Below, in pieces: positions 1 through 11,223 of a DNA stretch of 64,000 nt (the first letter of the stretch is position 1; the number at the start of each line of letters is the position of its first letter). The notes under the pieces are model-generated. The model was not told where the DNA came from. It saw only the letters and a program-made list of their open reading frames with translations, and searched no databases. The DNA is from a bacterium. Lineage in GTDB: Bacteria > Cyanobacteriota > Vampirovibrionia > Gastranaerophilales > JBAXKC01. Position numbers and translations under genes: made by a program. The stretch lies in assembly GCA_037137535.1 (NCBI GenBank), contig JBAXKC010000007.1, positions 1 through 64,000 on the forward strand, written 5' to 3'.

Positions 1-97
1 ATTTCGCTATTTCCATTACGTTCGTTTACTTTATATATAATTATTAGCATAATTACCACCTATCGTTCAACATTTATATATTTATTAACAAAAAAGA

Positions 98-127
98 AGA
101 CGGCTTTTATTTATAAAAAGTCCGTCT
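98..127 (-). terminator. Intrinsic terminator of the 159..2108 gene
   Basis: Hairpin AGACGG-CTTTTAT/ATAAAAAG-T-CCGTCT with an A-run on its left side (U-tail on the minus strand). Confidence 0.6.
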
Positions 128-158
128 ATTAGGGAAATATTTTATAGTTTAGAGGATT

Positions 159-2108
159 TTATAAAAGGGGATAATTTCTACTTTTGAAGTTATCTATAGC
201 TCTATCCAGATCAGGATTTGATGAGTTTTGCGAAACTGTAGATTGTTGAATCGACTGAATATTATTAGCGTTTAATGATTTAGCAAATAGTTTATGAGGA
301 TTTTCAACTTGTGTAGGAGCTTTACCTGTTTTTTCAAGTTCTTTTTTATGTTTATAGTCCGTCCACATTGCACAACCTTTAGGAATAATAATACCAAGAG
401 TTACACAAGCATAAGCAAGACCTGCAAGGATTGAGCCATTCTTAATCGACTCAAGATGGTGTTTAATTTCATGTGCAGCATTTTTAAGAATTTCCTTCTC
501 TTCAGCAGGCGTTACAGATTTTTTTATAATCTCATTTTTATGAGCTTCAACAAAATTCTCTGCAAAATAACCTATTTCTCTATAAGATTTAGTTGATGCA
601 TCATTAACTTCAATCAGCCAATTTCTAGTTTTATCTAAAAAAGGAACATGATTTTTAATAAAGTTTATAGAGTTAGTTCTTAATTCATTTAATCTTAACA
701 ATGAAACAAAATTACCTAATGGCCCCTGTTCAAGAGAATCAATAACTTTACCCATATTGCCTTTATCAAAAGCTTTATCACTAAGATTAAATATTGCTCC
801 AATCTGTCTTTCTTTTCCATCAACACTAATTTTACGATCATAGGTTTTAAGAACATCAGGAAGTTTTACGTTCTTCGATAAAGCCCACGCTGCAAAGTTT
901 GCAACAAGAGTAGGAATAAACATAAAGTTAGCAAAAGCTACACCACATTTAATTGTTGCTTCGGCACGCTCATTTTTATCTCTGCAAGCAGTTAACCTGC
1001 CTGTAATATTAGCAGGATAAATCCATGCTTTAAGAATACTTGCATCTGGAAATAATCCACCAAAAGACACCTGTTTTTTAAGTTTAGTTTCTTGAGCTGT
1101 TTGAGGAGGCGTAACTGCCTTAGGCTCAACTTTATTTTCTACTTTTTTAGCCCCTTTATCAGCATCGCTATATCCGACAAATGCGTCTTTTCCTGTACGT
1201 TTTTTAGTCAAGTATCTGTTAATATGCTGAATACTGAAAGTTAAAGCACCAACAACTGCTAAAGTAATGCCAAACTTGAACTTATTTAAGGATTTAAGTT
1301 GTTCAATTTTAGTGCCGACTTCATCACTATGTTTAGAAAATACTTCCTGACATACTTTATGAGTATCTCTTACAAGCTGTTCAAGACTTCCTTCAATATG
1401 ATGATCTCCGACCTTTTCAGTGAGAACTTTATCACAAGCACCTAAATGCTTACCGATAGGATCCATAATAGAATCTAAAACAGTTCGTTGCAATTTTTTT
1501 TCAGCATTAGGATTTATAATTTCATTAAGATTAGTTCTTGATTCTATCGCATTAATTAAAGCCTCTGTAGCATCTTTAAAAGCTGGAGTTCCTTCCTTTA
1601 AAGACTCCTTAAGGTTTATTCCTGATTTAGGACTAAGATTTTTAAAAACATTACGAACTACAGTATCTATAGCTTCTTTCGGATTTGTGTTATTACCTGC
1701 TTTTTTCCAATGCTCACCCAGAAAATCCAGCGACTTATTTGAAACATCAAAATTCTTATTAACACCTGGTAAAATCTTGAGTGCTTTTAATCCAAAAAGA
1801 GTTATTCCAGTTGAAAGCGCACCATATAAAAGATAATTTACTAAAATACCGCCAAGTTGAAATACAGATGTTTCAATTCCTGCCTGCTTATTTCGATGAA
1901 AATCCAGCCAAGTTTGAGGAAGAACCATCGATACCATATTAATTCCAAGTAGACTTGCTACTTCATTTTCTTTTAATTTACAAAATTTTGTTACGACATG
2001 ATTATCCAAAAGACCATTAAAACTTACTTGATCTTTCTTCTTGTTCTCATGAGAAGAAAGTTTGGGATAATTATATGAAAAACGATTATGAAGCCCTATA
2101 TTGGTCAT
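159..2108 (-). CDS. Orphan multi-helix membrane protein with two VSFxG motifs (candidate secreted substrate)
   Basis: Long ORF; ATG at 2108 is preceded by a GGAG RBS; QVSFNG near the N-terminus and QVSFGG mid-protein, each followed by hydrophobic helices. Confidence 0.75.
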   Translation of the reverse strand: MTNIGLHNRFSYNYPKLSSHENKKKDQVSFNGLLDNHVVTKFCKLKENEVASLLGINMVSMVLPQTWLDFHRNKQAGIETSVFQLGGILVNYLLYGALSTGITLFGLKALKILPGVNKNFDVSNKSLDFLGEHWKKAGNNTNPKEAIDTVVRNVFKNLSPKSGINLKESLKEGTPAFKDATEALINAIESRTNLNEIINPNAEKKLQRTVLDSIMDPIGKHLGACDKVLTEKVGDHHIEGSLEQLVRDTHKVCQEVFSKHSDEVGTKIEQLKSLNKFKFGITLAVVGALTFSIQHINRYLTKKRTGKDAFVGYSDADKGAKKVENKVEPKAVTPPQTAQETKLKKQVSFGGLFPDASILKAWIYPANITGRLTACRDKNERAEATIKCGVAFANFMFIPTLVANFAAWALSKNVKLPDVLKTYDRKISVDGKERQIGAIFNLSDKAFDKGNMGKVIDSLEQGPLGNFVSLLRLNELRTNSINFIKNHVPFLDKTRNWLIEVNDASTKSYREIGYFAENFVEAHKNEIIKKSVTPAEEKEILKNAAHEIKHHLESIKNGSILAGLAYACVTLGIIIPKGCAMWTDYKHKKELEKTGKAPTQVENPHKLFAKSLNANNIQSIQQSTVSQNSSNPDLDRAIDNFKSRNYPLL

Positions 2109-2148
2109 CTGATCTCCAAATATTCTCATCCCATCCACTACATGTATA

Positions 2149-2176
2149 TAAAAACATTATTATATGAGAATTTGCC
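2149..2176 (-). promoter_or_regulatory. GGCAA-N16-GTTTTTA upstream box
   Basis: Same bipartite motif and spacing as upstream of 43271 and 45660. Confidence 0.55.
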
Positions 2177-2436
2177 ATGCATGAAAAGCTCTTTTGTGAT
2201 TTAAAAGCCAAAATTCAGATATATCAAAAGATATCGAGATTATAACAATTTGAAGTATTGTTAACATTTCTTATTTTTCGCTAATGTTATTAATTATTTT
2301 GTTGTATAGGGAATAAGTATTTCATATTAAAATTACTTAAAAAAAAATGATATTTTAGTCAATTTTATTTATGTTTAGCTTTATTATGAATATAATAATT
2401 AAAGCCACAATGCTAAAGGAAAAGGAAAAACAGTTT

Positions 2437-3420
2437 ATGAAAATTGCAAAAGATCTGACTCAATTAATAGGCGGTACTCCGTTAGTTGCTTTGAATAAAT
2501 TAAATAAAGATGCAAAAGCTCAAGTTATAGTAAAACTTGAATATATGAATCCCGGTTGTTCCTGTAAAGATCATATTGCTATGAATATGATTAACAAAGC
2601 AGAACAGGAAGGGAAAATAAAAGCAGGAGTAACAACACTAATAGAAGCAACAAGCGGAAATACAGGCATTTCTCTTGCATATATATGTGCAATAAAGGGT
2701 TATGACCTCATAATTTGCATGCCTGAAAATAACAGTATAGAAAGAAGAATGTTGTTAAATGCATACGGTGCCAGAGTTGTGCTTACACCTGCAAACCTAA
2801 GAATGAAAGGTGCTGTTGATAAGGCACATGAAATTGAACAGGAAATGGAAAATGCTCATATTCTTTATCAATTCCAAAATCCTGCAAATCCTGAAATTCA
2901 TAGATTAGAAACTGCTGAAGAAATTTGGAATGATACAGACGGTAAAATAGATATAGTTGTAGCCGGCGTAGGTACAGGCGGAACAATTACAGGTATCGCT
3001 CAAAATTTAAAAGCAAAAAAAGCTTCTTTTCAGGCAATAGCTGTTGAACCAGCGAATAGTGCCGTTTTATCAGGCTGTGAGCCGGGTTGCCATAGAATTG
3101 AAGGAATAGGAACAGGATTTGTTCCCGATGTACTTGATAGAGATTTGATTGATGAGATATATCAAGTAGAAGACCATAACGCCATTGAAACAACAAGACA
3201 ACTTGCTAAAAAAGAAGGTATTTTGTGTGGAATTGCAGGTGGAGCTTCTACCTATGCAGCCTTAGAGCTTGCAAAACGTCCTGAAAACGAAGGCAAATTA
3301 ATTCTTGCAGTTTTAACTGACTCTGGTGAAAGATACCTTAGTACAAGACTTTTTGAAGAAACAAATACAGTTTATGCTTCTGAATTTAAAGTTAGCCCAA
3401 AAATCAAAGCATCTGTTTAA
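2437..3420 (+). CDS. cysK: Cysteine synthase A (O-acetylserine thiol-lyase)
   Basis: IGGTPLV, KLEYMNPGCSCKD (PLP lysine), EATSGNTG, GVGTGGT, DSGERYLS; start moved to MKIAKD after the AAGGA RBS. Confidence 0.93.
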   Translation: MKIAKDLTQLIGGTPLVALNKLNKDAKAQVIVKLEYMNPGCSCKDHIAMNMINKAEQEGKIKAGVTTLIEATSGNTGISLAYICAIKGYDLIICMPENNSIERRMLLNAYGARVVLTPANLRMKGAVDKAHEIEQEMENAHILYQFQNPANPEIHRLETAEEIWNDTDGKIDIVVAGVGTGGTITGIAQNLKAKKASFQAIAVEPANSAVLSGCEPGCHRIEGIGTGFVPDVLDRDLIDEIYQVEDHNAIETTRQLAKKEGILCGIAGGASTYAALELAKRPENEGKLILAVLTDSGERYLSTRLFEETNTVYASEFKVSPKIKASV

Positions 3421-3441
3421 TAAAACTAAAAATTTTCTTAT

Positions 3442-3476
3442 AAACGAGGATTAGTATTTAATGCAAATCCTCGTTT
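3442..3476 (+). terminator. cysK terminator
   Basis: AAACGAGGATT/AATCCTCGTTT stem followed by a T-run. Confidence 0.75.
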
Positions 3477-3626
3477 TTATATTAAATTTGAGTCGCTAAA
3501 TTATGAATAAGTTGAAACATGCCTGATTTAAGTATTTGAGCCAACTAAATTACGAGAATAAGAAAGCCTGCTGAATACTGCATTCATTTTTACAACATCA
3601 TTAATAGAAAAAAATTAAAACACAAA

Positions 3627-3658
3627 ACAACCCTATTATTAAAAAATAATAGGGTTGT
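3627..3658 (-). terminator. Terminator of 3696..4040
   Basis: Perfect 14-bp stem ACAACCCTATTATT/AATAATAGGGTTGT. Confidence 0.7.
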
Positions 3659-3695
3659 AAAAGATATTAAACAGTTATAAAAAACTATTTTTTAA

Positions 3696-4040
3696 TTAAA
3701 ATTTTGTTCTGTTGAGCTTTTCTCTAAGTTCTCTGAAACGTGCAACATCTTCCTGAGCTCTTGAACTTTCTCTAAAAAGAACTTGAGTTGAAGGATGTAC
3801 CATTTGAATAAAATCCATGTGAACTTCAAGGAAATTGTATTTTCTTGGAGCTCCGCCTGCTTTTCTGCTAATTATTTCGGCATCTGTAACAGCAAGAAAT
3901 CTTCTTTCTCTATCATTAAGGAGATCTGTTAACTCTCTGTTTGTATTAGTATATTTTGAAACGTGAACAGTTCCTTTAATTTCATGATCCATTGTAAGAA
4001 TTAATACTTCAACAGGAATTGTATCTATCTGCTTTGACAT
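3696..4040 (-). CDS. Small conserved protein, DUF6812-like
   Basis: IKGTVHV...LTDLLN..RRFLAVTDAEI pattern; AAAGGA RBS. Confidence 0.6.
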   Translation of the reverse strand: MSKQIDTIPVEVLILTMDHEIKGTVHVSKYTNTNRELTDLLNDRERRFLAVTDAEIISRKAGGAPRKYNFLEVHMDFIQMVHPSTQVLFRESSRAQEDVARFRELREKLNRTKF

Positions 4041-4279
4041 AAGTCCTTTTCTTCTTTTAAAGAATTTCTACTAAACATTAGCATAAGTATAATACAAAAT
4101 AGGCGATTATGACTAGTCTTTTTATGTGATTTATTTTTTAAAATATTAAAAATCAAATTTTCCCAATATAGTTTCCTAAAATTAAATAAATCAAATTTCT
4201 TTATTGCAAAAAACCAAAAAATCTTGTAACCTTATAAATACAATGCCCTAATTAAGAAGCTGATTAAGAAAGGTAAAGT

Positions 4280-6001
4280 ATGGAAAGATTTTTGAGCAAA
4301 TTTAGTATTAAACAAAAAATACTATTTATTTTACTGTCTTTAAGTTTTATATTACTAGCTGTATCTACAATAATAACGGCTAATTCTTTATTTCAAAAAT
4401 CGTATGAAGAAAAAATAACTCAAGTTTCCTACATTACTGAAATGGCAGAAAATATCCTTAAAGATGAACAAAACAAAGTAACAAAAGGACAGCTGTCATT
4501 AGAAGATGCACAAAAACAAGCCATAGAGAGTATTAATCACCTTAAATTTGCCGGAAAAAACTATATATGGATAAATGATTATAACTATAAATTTCTTGCT
4601 CACCCTAAATTTCAAGGACAAGATGGTAGTAAAATAATTGATAAAAATGGATTCCAAGTCATTGTAGAGGCAACTAAACTTGCTAAAGAAAAAAATAAAG
4701 GAGTTATTTCATATTTATGGATAAAGCCTGCCGAAAATAGCACAAAAACATATCCAAAAGTTTCATATATAAGAAATTTTGCTGATTGGAACTGGGTCAT
4801 AGGAGCTGGTATATACATTGATGATATTTACACATCTGTATGGACCACATTTATTAACACTATAATTATAAACATTATAGTCCTAAGTATCATAATGTTT
4901 TTATCACTTACTATCATTGAAAAAGGAATAAATTCACCTATTAAAAAACTAACAGATTTAAGTAATGATTTAGCAAATAATCACTTAGATTTATACATAG
5001 AGAATGATGAAAATAAGACTGAAATAGGACAATTAAACAGATCTTTCAAAATCTTTACTGAAAATCTTAAAAAAACCATAATTAGTATAAGTGAAACAGT
5101 AGAAACTATAACTGCAAGTTCAGAAGAGATGAATGCTTCTGTTGAACAAACAGCACAAGGCTCTCAACTAACAACAATAAGTGCAATACAACTTGCAGAA
5201 GGTGCTCAACAAATATCCAGCAACGTAGAAGTGGGCGCTGTAAATATTACCAGCTTAAATAATATGATTCAGGAAATATTTGAACAGGCAAATCTTGTTT
5301 CCAAACTTGGAAATGATACTGAAACTAATGCTAATGATGGCGGTAAATATGTAAAACAGGCTATTGATAAAATAAGCAGCATTAAAACAGCCTCAGAGCT
5401 AGTATCTTTAAATATTTCAGAGCTTAGCCAGTTAAGTGGAAACATTGAGCAAATTGTTGACCTTATTAAAAGCGTAGCAGGACAAACAAACTTACTTGCA
5501 TTAAATGCCGCCATTGAAGCAGCTAGAGCAGGTGAACATGGCAAAGGCTTTGCTGTTGTAGCTGAAGAAGTTAAAAAATTAGCAGAACAATCCGCAGGAG
5601 CAACCGATAAAATTACAGATATGATTAAAGAAATTCAAAATAAAACTCAAATTGCGGTTAATACAATGGATAAGACTGCAAAAGAAGTTGAAGAAGGTGT
5701 TTCAGTAATAAACAATGTAGGTCGCTCTATTGAAAACATTAACTCTCACATAAAAACAGCAAACGAAAACATACAAGACATTACCCAACGAATTGACGGA
5801 GTAGCCAGCAGTTCCGAAGAGATAGTAAGAATGATTGAAAATATCTCTGCAATTACCGAAGAAACTGCCGCAAGCGCACAAGAAATATCAGGAACAACCG
5901 AAAAACAAAGTGCAAGCCTACAAGAGATCAATGCAAATGCTCAATCTCTGTCTTTAATTGCCGAAAAGATAAACAAACAGGTTAACGTATTTAAAATGTA
6001 A
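4280..6001 (+). CDS. Methyl-accepting chemotaxis protein (sCache_2, HAMP, MA domains)
   Basis: Two TM helices flank NYIWIND...HP...[40 protein letters not shown]. Confidence 0.95.
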   Translation: MERFLSKFSIKQKILFILLSLSFILLAVSTIITANSLFQKSYEEKITQVSYITEMAENILKDEQNKVTKGQLSLEDAQKQAIESINHLKFAGKNYIWINDYNYKFLAHPKFQGQDGSKIIDKNGFQVIVEATKLAKEKNKGVISYLWIKPAENSTKTYPKVSYIRNFADWNWVIGAGIYIDDIYTSVWTTFINTIIINIIVLSIIMFLSLTIIEKGINSPIKKLTDLSNDLANNHLDLYIENDENKTEIGQLNRSFKIFTENLKKTIISISETVETITASSEEMNASVEQTAQGSQLTTISAIQLAEGAQQISSNVEVGAVNITSLNNMIQEIFEQANLVSKLGNDTETNANDGGKYVKQAIDKISSIKTASELVSLNISELSQLSGNIEQIVDLIKSVAGQTNLLALNAAIEAARAGEHGKGFAVVAEEVKKLAEQSAGATDKITDMIKEIQNKTQIAVNTMDKTAKEVEEGVSVINNVGRSIENINSHIKTANENIQDITQRIDGVASSSEEIVRMIENISAITEETAASAQEISGTTEKQSASLQEINANAQSLSLIAEKINKQVNVFKM

Positions 6002-6017
6002 AATTCAATAAAAAATG

Positions 6018-6054
6018 AAACCGCCTAAGAAGTATTGATCTTCTTAGGCGGTTT
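6018..6054. terminator. Bidirectional terminator between convergent genes
   Basis: 15-bp stem AAACCGCCTAAGAAG/CTTCTTAGGCGGTTT. Confidence 0.8.
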
Positions 6055-6062
6055 TATTTTTC

Positions 6063-7304
6063 TTAAATAACCGCCCCTTGAATGAGTAATTCTCGCTGAA
6101 TGTCTTTAATATCAGTTTCATTCACATTATTATTATCACTTAACGCCGTGAGAGCGGCAGCTATACCTCCGGCCTGACCTGTTGCCATACACGCAGGGAT
6201 TTCTCTGAACATATCGAGCAAACTATGTTCTACGGAAATACATCTTCCTGTAAAAATAACATTATCAATGTCTTTTGAAATCAAACATTCAAAAGGTAGT
6301 TGAGAAAAGCCTTTTCCCGAATGAGTATAATCGGGCACTTTTGCAATAGAAGTATCAAATTCTTTTAAAACATCTTCTTTAGTAAATCGGTGCAAACCTT
6401 TAATTCTTCGTGAATCCCTGAGTCCTATTTGTGGTGCAGTATCTATCAGATAAGCCTTTTCAAATCCGTCAAGGTTGGCTACAAATTTTTCTATTATTTT
6501 ATTAATTAAACTTCTTGCTTTTATTTCTGCAAAAGTCAAATCTTCTGTAGAAATAGGGCATACTTTTTCAACATGAGCGATATTGAACCATGCCTCATTC
6601 TCGTTCATAGTCGGAACCCATCCGCCAATTTTTGTATTTATGCCTAAATCATGTAAAAGCTTTCTGTAAAAGTCATTATGGTGAATTATCGTATTAAATA
6701 CTTTCTCAATATCAAGACCGCCTAGTCTAAAACTTAAAGTTATCGGCATAAGATGCTCTTTTTGTTCCATATCGAAGGCTGAATTTGAAAATCGGGCAAG
6801 GTCTCCATCTCCCGTTGAGTCAACAAAAACTTTTGCTTTTATAGCACCTCTGCCTGATTTACCGTCAACAATGATTGCAGATAATTTATTATCAATTTTT
6901 AAAGCAGTAGATGCAAAAGTATGGTAATAAGGCTTTATTGAATGTTCTTCTATGTTTCTGTCAAAAATATATTTCATGGCTTCAGCATCAAATAGGACAT
7001 TTGCACCTATATTTCTTGTAGCTTTCATTTCTTCGAGTCTTTTTATGGTTTCTGAGCAAAAGCCTTTTATTATAGGCTCATGTGGATTTTTAGTACCAAT
7101 TTCCGTTAACCCCACAATAAGAATGACAAGTCCGCCTGTAGCCTGCCCTCCAAGATAACCGAATCTTTCAATTATAGCGGTTTTAACTCCTAATTTTGCA
7201 GCAGATACAGCAGCAGAGATCCCCGCAGGTCCTCCGCCGACAACTACCACATCATAAAACCCAATTATAGGTATATGCTGCGGTGCTTCAATTATATAGT
7301 CCAT
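6063..7304 (-). CDS. FAD-dependent oxidoreductase (FAD_oxidored family)
   Basis: DVVVVGGGPAGISAA, ERFGYLGG, FVDSTGDGDL, CMATGQAGG. Confidence 0.85.
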   Translation of the reverse strand: MDYIIEAPQHIPIIGFYDVVVVGGGPAGISAAVSAAKLGVKTAIIERFGYLGGQATGGLVILIVGLTEIGTKNPHEPIIKGFCSETIKRLEEMKATRNIGANVLFDAEAMKYIFDRNIEEHSIKPYYHTFASTALKIDNKLSAIIVDGKSGRGAIKAKVFVDSTGDGDLARFSNSAFDMEQKEHLMPITLSFRLGGLDIEKVFNTIIHHNDFYRKLLHDLGINTKIGGWVPTMNENEAWFNIAHVEKVCPISTEDLTFAEIKARSLINKIIEKFVANLDGFEKAYLIDTAPQIGLRDSRRIKGLHRFTKEDVLKEFDTSIAKVPDYTHSGKGFSQLPFECLISKDIDNVIFTGRCISVEHSLLDMFREIPACMATGQAGGIAAALTALSDNNNVNETDIKDIQRELLIQGAVI

Positions 7305-7323
7305 TTAAAGCCCCTTTTGCTTA

Positions 7324-8043
7324 TTACAGGTCGTGTTTATAAGCCGGAATTTTTAAATTATTTTTTTCTTTAATATCTAAGTTTACACCCAAGATTTCAA
7401 ATTCTTCTATTATCCCACCTCTTAGTCTGAGGGACGGAATTATTGTTTCCGTTGGACCTATTGCTTTTACAATATAAGGGGGGATGATTTCTGTTTTATT
7501 TACGACTATATTATTGCCTGCCGTAACTATTTCAGAAGTAGTGACAAGTCTTTCGTTATTAATCGATAAGCCTTCAGCTCCAGCGGCTTTCAGAACGTTT
7601 ATAAGTTTCAAAAGGTCATCGCTGGTAATAGTAGGCGAATCGATAACCATTTCCACTCCTTTACCTTTTAACTCAAGGAGTCCTGTTTGTTCATATAATT
7701 TTTTTAATTGTGAAGAAGCAAGCTCTGCTTTTTCAGAAGAGGAAAGTTGCTTGAACTTTACTTTTAAATCAATTAATTGTTGCTGAAGCTCTTCTTTTTT
7801 ATTTTGAGTATCTTTTAAAATCATTACAAGTTCGTCAAGTCTTCTTGTAGTCGGCAAATTGGTTTTTGTTTCATCAAGAAATCTTTTTACATTAACCGTT
7901 ATGATAAAACTCAGCGAAAGCAATACAATTCCCATCGCAACACCAAAGTGTTTAAAAGATTGAACCGTTGAGACTGTTTCTTCTGATTGATTTTCTTCGA
8001 GCTGTTCTTTTTCTTTAGTTTTTCGTTTTAATTTTATAAACAT
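7324..8043 (-). CDS. DUF881 family protein
   Basis: TM plus coiled coil, GL.ELKGKGV, DLLKLINVLKAAGAEGLSINNER, PYIVKAIG. Confidence 0.85.
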   Translation of the reverse strand: MFIKLKRKTKEKEQLEENQSEETVSTVQSFKHFGVAMGIVLLSLSFIITVNVKRFLDETKTNLPTTRRLDELVMILKDTQNKKEELQQQLIDLKVKFKQLSSSEKAELASSQLKKLYEQTGLLELKGKGVEMVIDSPTITSDDLLKLINVLKAAGAEGLSINNERLVTTSEIVTAGNNIVVNKTEIIPPYIVKAIGPTETIIPSLRLRGGIIEEFEILGVNLDIKEKNNLKIPAYKHDL

Positions 8044-8139
8044 TTTTATCTACTTTTTTAGGCAGTTATAATAACAGGTATATTATATTATTTTGTTTTA
8101 GACAAGTAAATTTATATTTTAAACTAAATAGGAGCAATT

Positions 8140-9369
8140 ATGACAGATGCTAATTTATTAATTAATAAAGCCGAACAAAAACTTTTTTCATATTTTCAAG
8201 AACTTGAGCTAATAAGAGAATATAATCAGGAAAAAGTCTTAACAGCCTTTCGTGATAACAAAATAGGCGAAGAACACTTTGCAACGGTAAGCGGCTACGG
8301 GCATGACGACCTTGGTAGACAGGCAATAGACAGAGTTTATGCACAGGTTTTCAATTGCGAAGCGGCAATAGTCAGAAATCACTTTGTTTCGGGAACGCAT
8401 GCCATTGCTTGTGCCTTATTCGGAAATTTAAGACATGGAGATAAACTTATATCAGTTGCAGGAACTCCTTACGACACGCTAGAAGAAGTTATAGGAACAA
8501 GAGGAAATGTAAAAGCCTCCTTAATCGGGCATGGTGTAAGCTATGAAGAAATCCCACTAAAAAATGGTGTTGAAGTTGACCTTGAAGCAATTGAAAAAGC
8601 AGTAGATAAGCATACAACAATGGTAACTATTCAGCGCTCAAGAGGTTACAGCCTTAGAAATCCTATTGATATAGCGAAAATGACAGAGATTATTGAAGTT
8701 GTAAAATCAAAAAATCCGAAATGTATTTGTTTCGTTGATAACTGTTACGGTGAATTCACAGAAACCTTTGAACCTACTGAAATAGGAGCTGATCTTATGG
8801 CTGGCTCATTAATAAAAAATCCTGGTGGTGGAATAGTTGAAACGGGCGGTTATATTGCAGGTAAAAAAGAATATGTAGAACAAGCGGCAATGCGTTTAAC
8901 AGCACCCGGTATCGGCGCTAAAGGCGGTGCAATGTTAAATCAGTCAAGGCTTATCCTGCAAGGTTTCTTTATGGCTCCAAGCATAGTATTTGAAGCATTA
9001 AAAGGTGCTATTTTAGCTTCACAGTTGTTTCTTGACCTTGGCTATAATACCTCGCCAAGACCTGATGATATAAGAACAGACATTATTCAAGCTATTGAAT
9101 TTGGTTCTCCTGAAAAACTTGTAGGTTTCTGTAAGGCTTTACAGTTTAATAGCCCTGTAAATGCTTATCTGACACCAATTCCAGATGATGTACCGGGTTA
9201 TGACAATAAAATAATTATGGCAGCAGGAACTTTTATTGAAGGTTCAACCATTGAACTCTCTGCTGACGGACCTTTGAGAGAGCCTTATGTGGCTTATTTC
9301 CAAGGAGGACTTAATTACGCACATGTGAAGCTTGCTTTAAAAGGAATAATCAAGGAAATCGGTCATTAA
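8140..9369 (+). CDS. Methionine gamma-lyase family / aluminium-resistance YnbB-like PLP enzyme
   Basis: GYGHDDLGR, FVSGTHAI, FVDNCYGEF, GSLIKNPGGG, GSTIELSADGP. Confidence 0.9.
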   Translation: MTDANLLINKAEQKLFSYFQELELIREYNQEKVLTAFRDNKIGEEHFATVSGYGHDDLGRQAIDRVYAQVFNCEAAIVRNHFVSGTHAIACALFGNLRHGDKLISVAGTPYDTLEEVIGTRGNVKASLIGHGVSYEEIPLKNGVEVDLEAIEKAVDKHTTMVTIQRSRGYSLRNPIDIAKMTEIIEVVKSKNPKCICFVDNCYGEFTETFEPTEIGADLMAGSLIKNPGGGIVETGGYIAGKKEYVEQAAMRLTAPGIGAKGGAMLNQSRLILQGFFMAPSIVFEALKGAILASQLFLDLGYNTSPRPDDIRTDIIQAIEFGSPEKLVGFCKALQFNSPVNAYLTPIPDDVPGYDNKIIMAAGTFIEGSTIELSADGPLREPYVAYFQGGLNYAHVKLALKGIIKEIGH

Positions 9370-9469
9370 TAAAATCTTAATTTACAATCTTTTGAATAAA
9401 ATGGCTTTGTCATTTAAAATCAATTAATAGTTTTAAGAAATTATTTTATGAGATCAAGGAGCAGAATTA

Positions 9470-10585
9470 ATGATTATCGGTATTCCAAAAGAGATCAAAT
9501 CAAATGAGCACAGAGTAGCAATTACCCCAGCGGGAGTCGAAGCCTTTAAAAAATTCGGGCATACAGTTTACATCGAAACAAAAGCCGGTATTGGAAGCAG
9601 TTTTACTGATGAAGACTATATTGAAGCAGGAGCAGAAATTTTAAATACAGCAAAAGAAGTTTTTGCTAAATCCGATATGATAATGAAAGTAAAAGAGCCA
9701 TTACCTGCTGAATATGACCTTTTTAAGGATGGTCAGCTTTTATTCACCTATTTACACTTAGCACCCGAACCAAATCTTACAAAAGCACTTCTAGCTAAAA
9801 ATGTTGTAGGTATTGCATACGAAACAGTTCAATTGAGAGATGGCTCACTTCCTCTTTTAACCCCCATGAGTGAAGTGGCTGGAAGAATGTCTGTGCAGAT
9901 AGGAGCAATGCTCTTAGAAAAGCATTACGGAGGAATGGGCGTTCTTCTTGGCGGAGTTCCTGGAACAGCTCCAGGGAAAGTCGTCATCATAGGCGGTGGT
10001 ATTGTAGGAAGAAATGCGGCTAAAATGGCCATTGGGCTAGGTGCTGACGTTACTATCATTGATATTAACCTTGATAGACTTAGATTCCTTGATGATGTCT
10101 TTGGCGGAAGAGTTAAAACCCTTATGTCAACGACTTATAACATAAGAGAAGAACTAAAAACCGCTGATTTATTTATTGGTGCGGTTTTAATCCCAGGAGC
10201 AAGAGCGCCTAAAATTGTTACCGAAGACATTGTAAAACAAATGAAAAAAGGCTCGGTTATTGTTGATGTTGCCATTGATCAAGGCGGATCAGTAGAAACT
10301 ATTGACAGAGTAACAACTCATGACAATCCTGCTTATGAAAAACATGGAGTAATTCACTATTCAGTAGCCAACATGCCAGGTGCAGTAGCAAGAACCTCAA
10401 CTTTTGCCTTAACAAACGCAACTCTTCCTTATGCGCTAGAGCTTGCAAATAAAGGCTATGAACAAGCAATTAAAGACAATTATGCTCTTGCAAAAGGTGT
10501 GAACGTCTTTAAAGGCAAATTGACTTATAAGTCCGTTGCAGATTCGTTGAACTTTGAATATACTTCGCTGGAAGATTTGTTGTAA
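9470..10585 (+). CDS. ald: Alanine dehydrogenase
   Basis: [59 protein letters not shown]. Confidence 0.97.
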   Translation: MIIGIPKEIKSNEHRVAITPAGVEAFKKFGHTVYIETKAGIGSSFTDEDYIEAGAEILNTAKEVFAKSDMIMKVKEPLPAEYDLFKDGQLLFTYLHLAPEPNLTKALLAKNVVGIAYETVQLRDGSLPLLTPMSEVAGRMSVQIGAMLLEKHYGGMGVLLGGVPGTAPGKVVIIGGGIVGRNAAKMAIGLGADVTIIDINLDRLRFLDDVFGGRVKTLMSTTYNIREELKTADLFIGAVLIPGARAPKIVTEDIVKQMKKGSVIVDVAIDQGGSVETIDRVTTHDNPAYEKHGVIHYSVANMPGAVARTSTFALTNATLPYALELANKGYEQAIKDNYALAKGVNVFKGKLTYKSVADSLNFEYTSLEDLL

Positions 10586-10598
10586 TTGATAATTTAGG

Positions 10599-10620
10599 GG
10601 TGGGTTAAAACCCACCCTAC
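10599..10620 (-). repeat. GTAG-type REP-like palindrome (may also act as the ald terminator)
   Basis: Minus strand reads GTAG-GGTGGGTT-TT-AACCCACC; degenerate copy at 12635-12653. Confidence 0.5.
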
Positions 10621-10685
10621 GGGCTTAATTTTTTTTTGCTAAAATTAAATAAAAAGGTAAAGAGATATCTATAGGTAATATAATA

Positions 10686-11204
10686 ATGTATTGTAATAAT
10701 TGTGGTAATGAATATACAGAAGCAGATAAATTTTGTTCAAAATGTGGTAAAGACTTGTTAAATAATACCTATGTACCTAAATATAAGAAAATAGAAGATA
10801 AACCTAATATTAAAGATAAAGATCAAAAAAAAGGTATAGGATGTGGGACACTAAATCTTATACTCATCATAGGATTTTTTGTATTCGTATGGCTATATAC
10901 TTCTTTAAATTCTTCTGATAATGGAGGAGATTCTTCCTCTATACAATCAGATTCTACTATGCAAAGTGAAGCTAAGTATTATTGTAATAACACAGTAAAA
11001 GCAAACTTAAAAAATCCTAATGGAGCAACTTTCCCTAGTTTTGAAGAATATAACTTCACTAATTTAGGGAATAATACATATAAGGTTAAGTCTTATGTTG
11101 ATGGTACAAATTCCTTTGGGGCTATTATTAGAACAAATTTTGAATGTAAAGTAAAAGTTTTTAACGATGGTGGTCAAGTTATTGGGCTAACAATGGACAA
11201 CTGA
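10686..11204 (+). CDS. Zinc-ribbon membrane protein
   Basis: MYCNNCG...FCSKCG, one TM helix, LKNPNGATF...VDGTNSFGA C-terminal domain. Confidence 0.8.
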   Translation: MYCNNCGNEYTEADKFCSKCGKDLLNNTYVPKYKKIEDKPNIKDKDQKKGIGCGTLNLILIIGFFVFVWLYTSLNSSDNGGDSSSIQSDSTMQSEAKYYCNNTVKANLKNPNGATFPSFEEYNFTNLGNNTYKVKSYVDGTNSFGAIIRTNFECKVKVFNDGGQVIGLTMDN

Positions 11205-11223
11205 AAAAAATTCTTTTAATAAT

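Noticed and set aside
1-16. Possible minus-strand gene start (MEIAK) at the window edge
   Set aside because: Only five codons visible; cannot be supported
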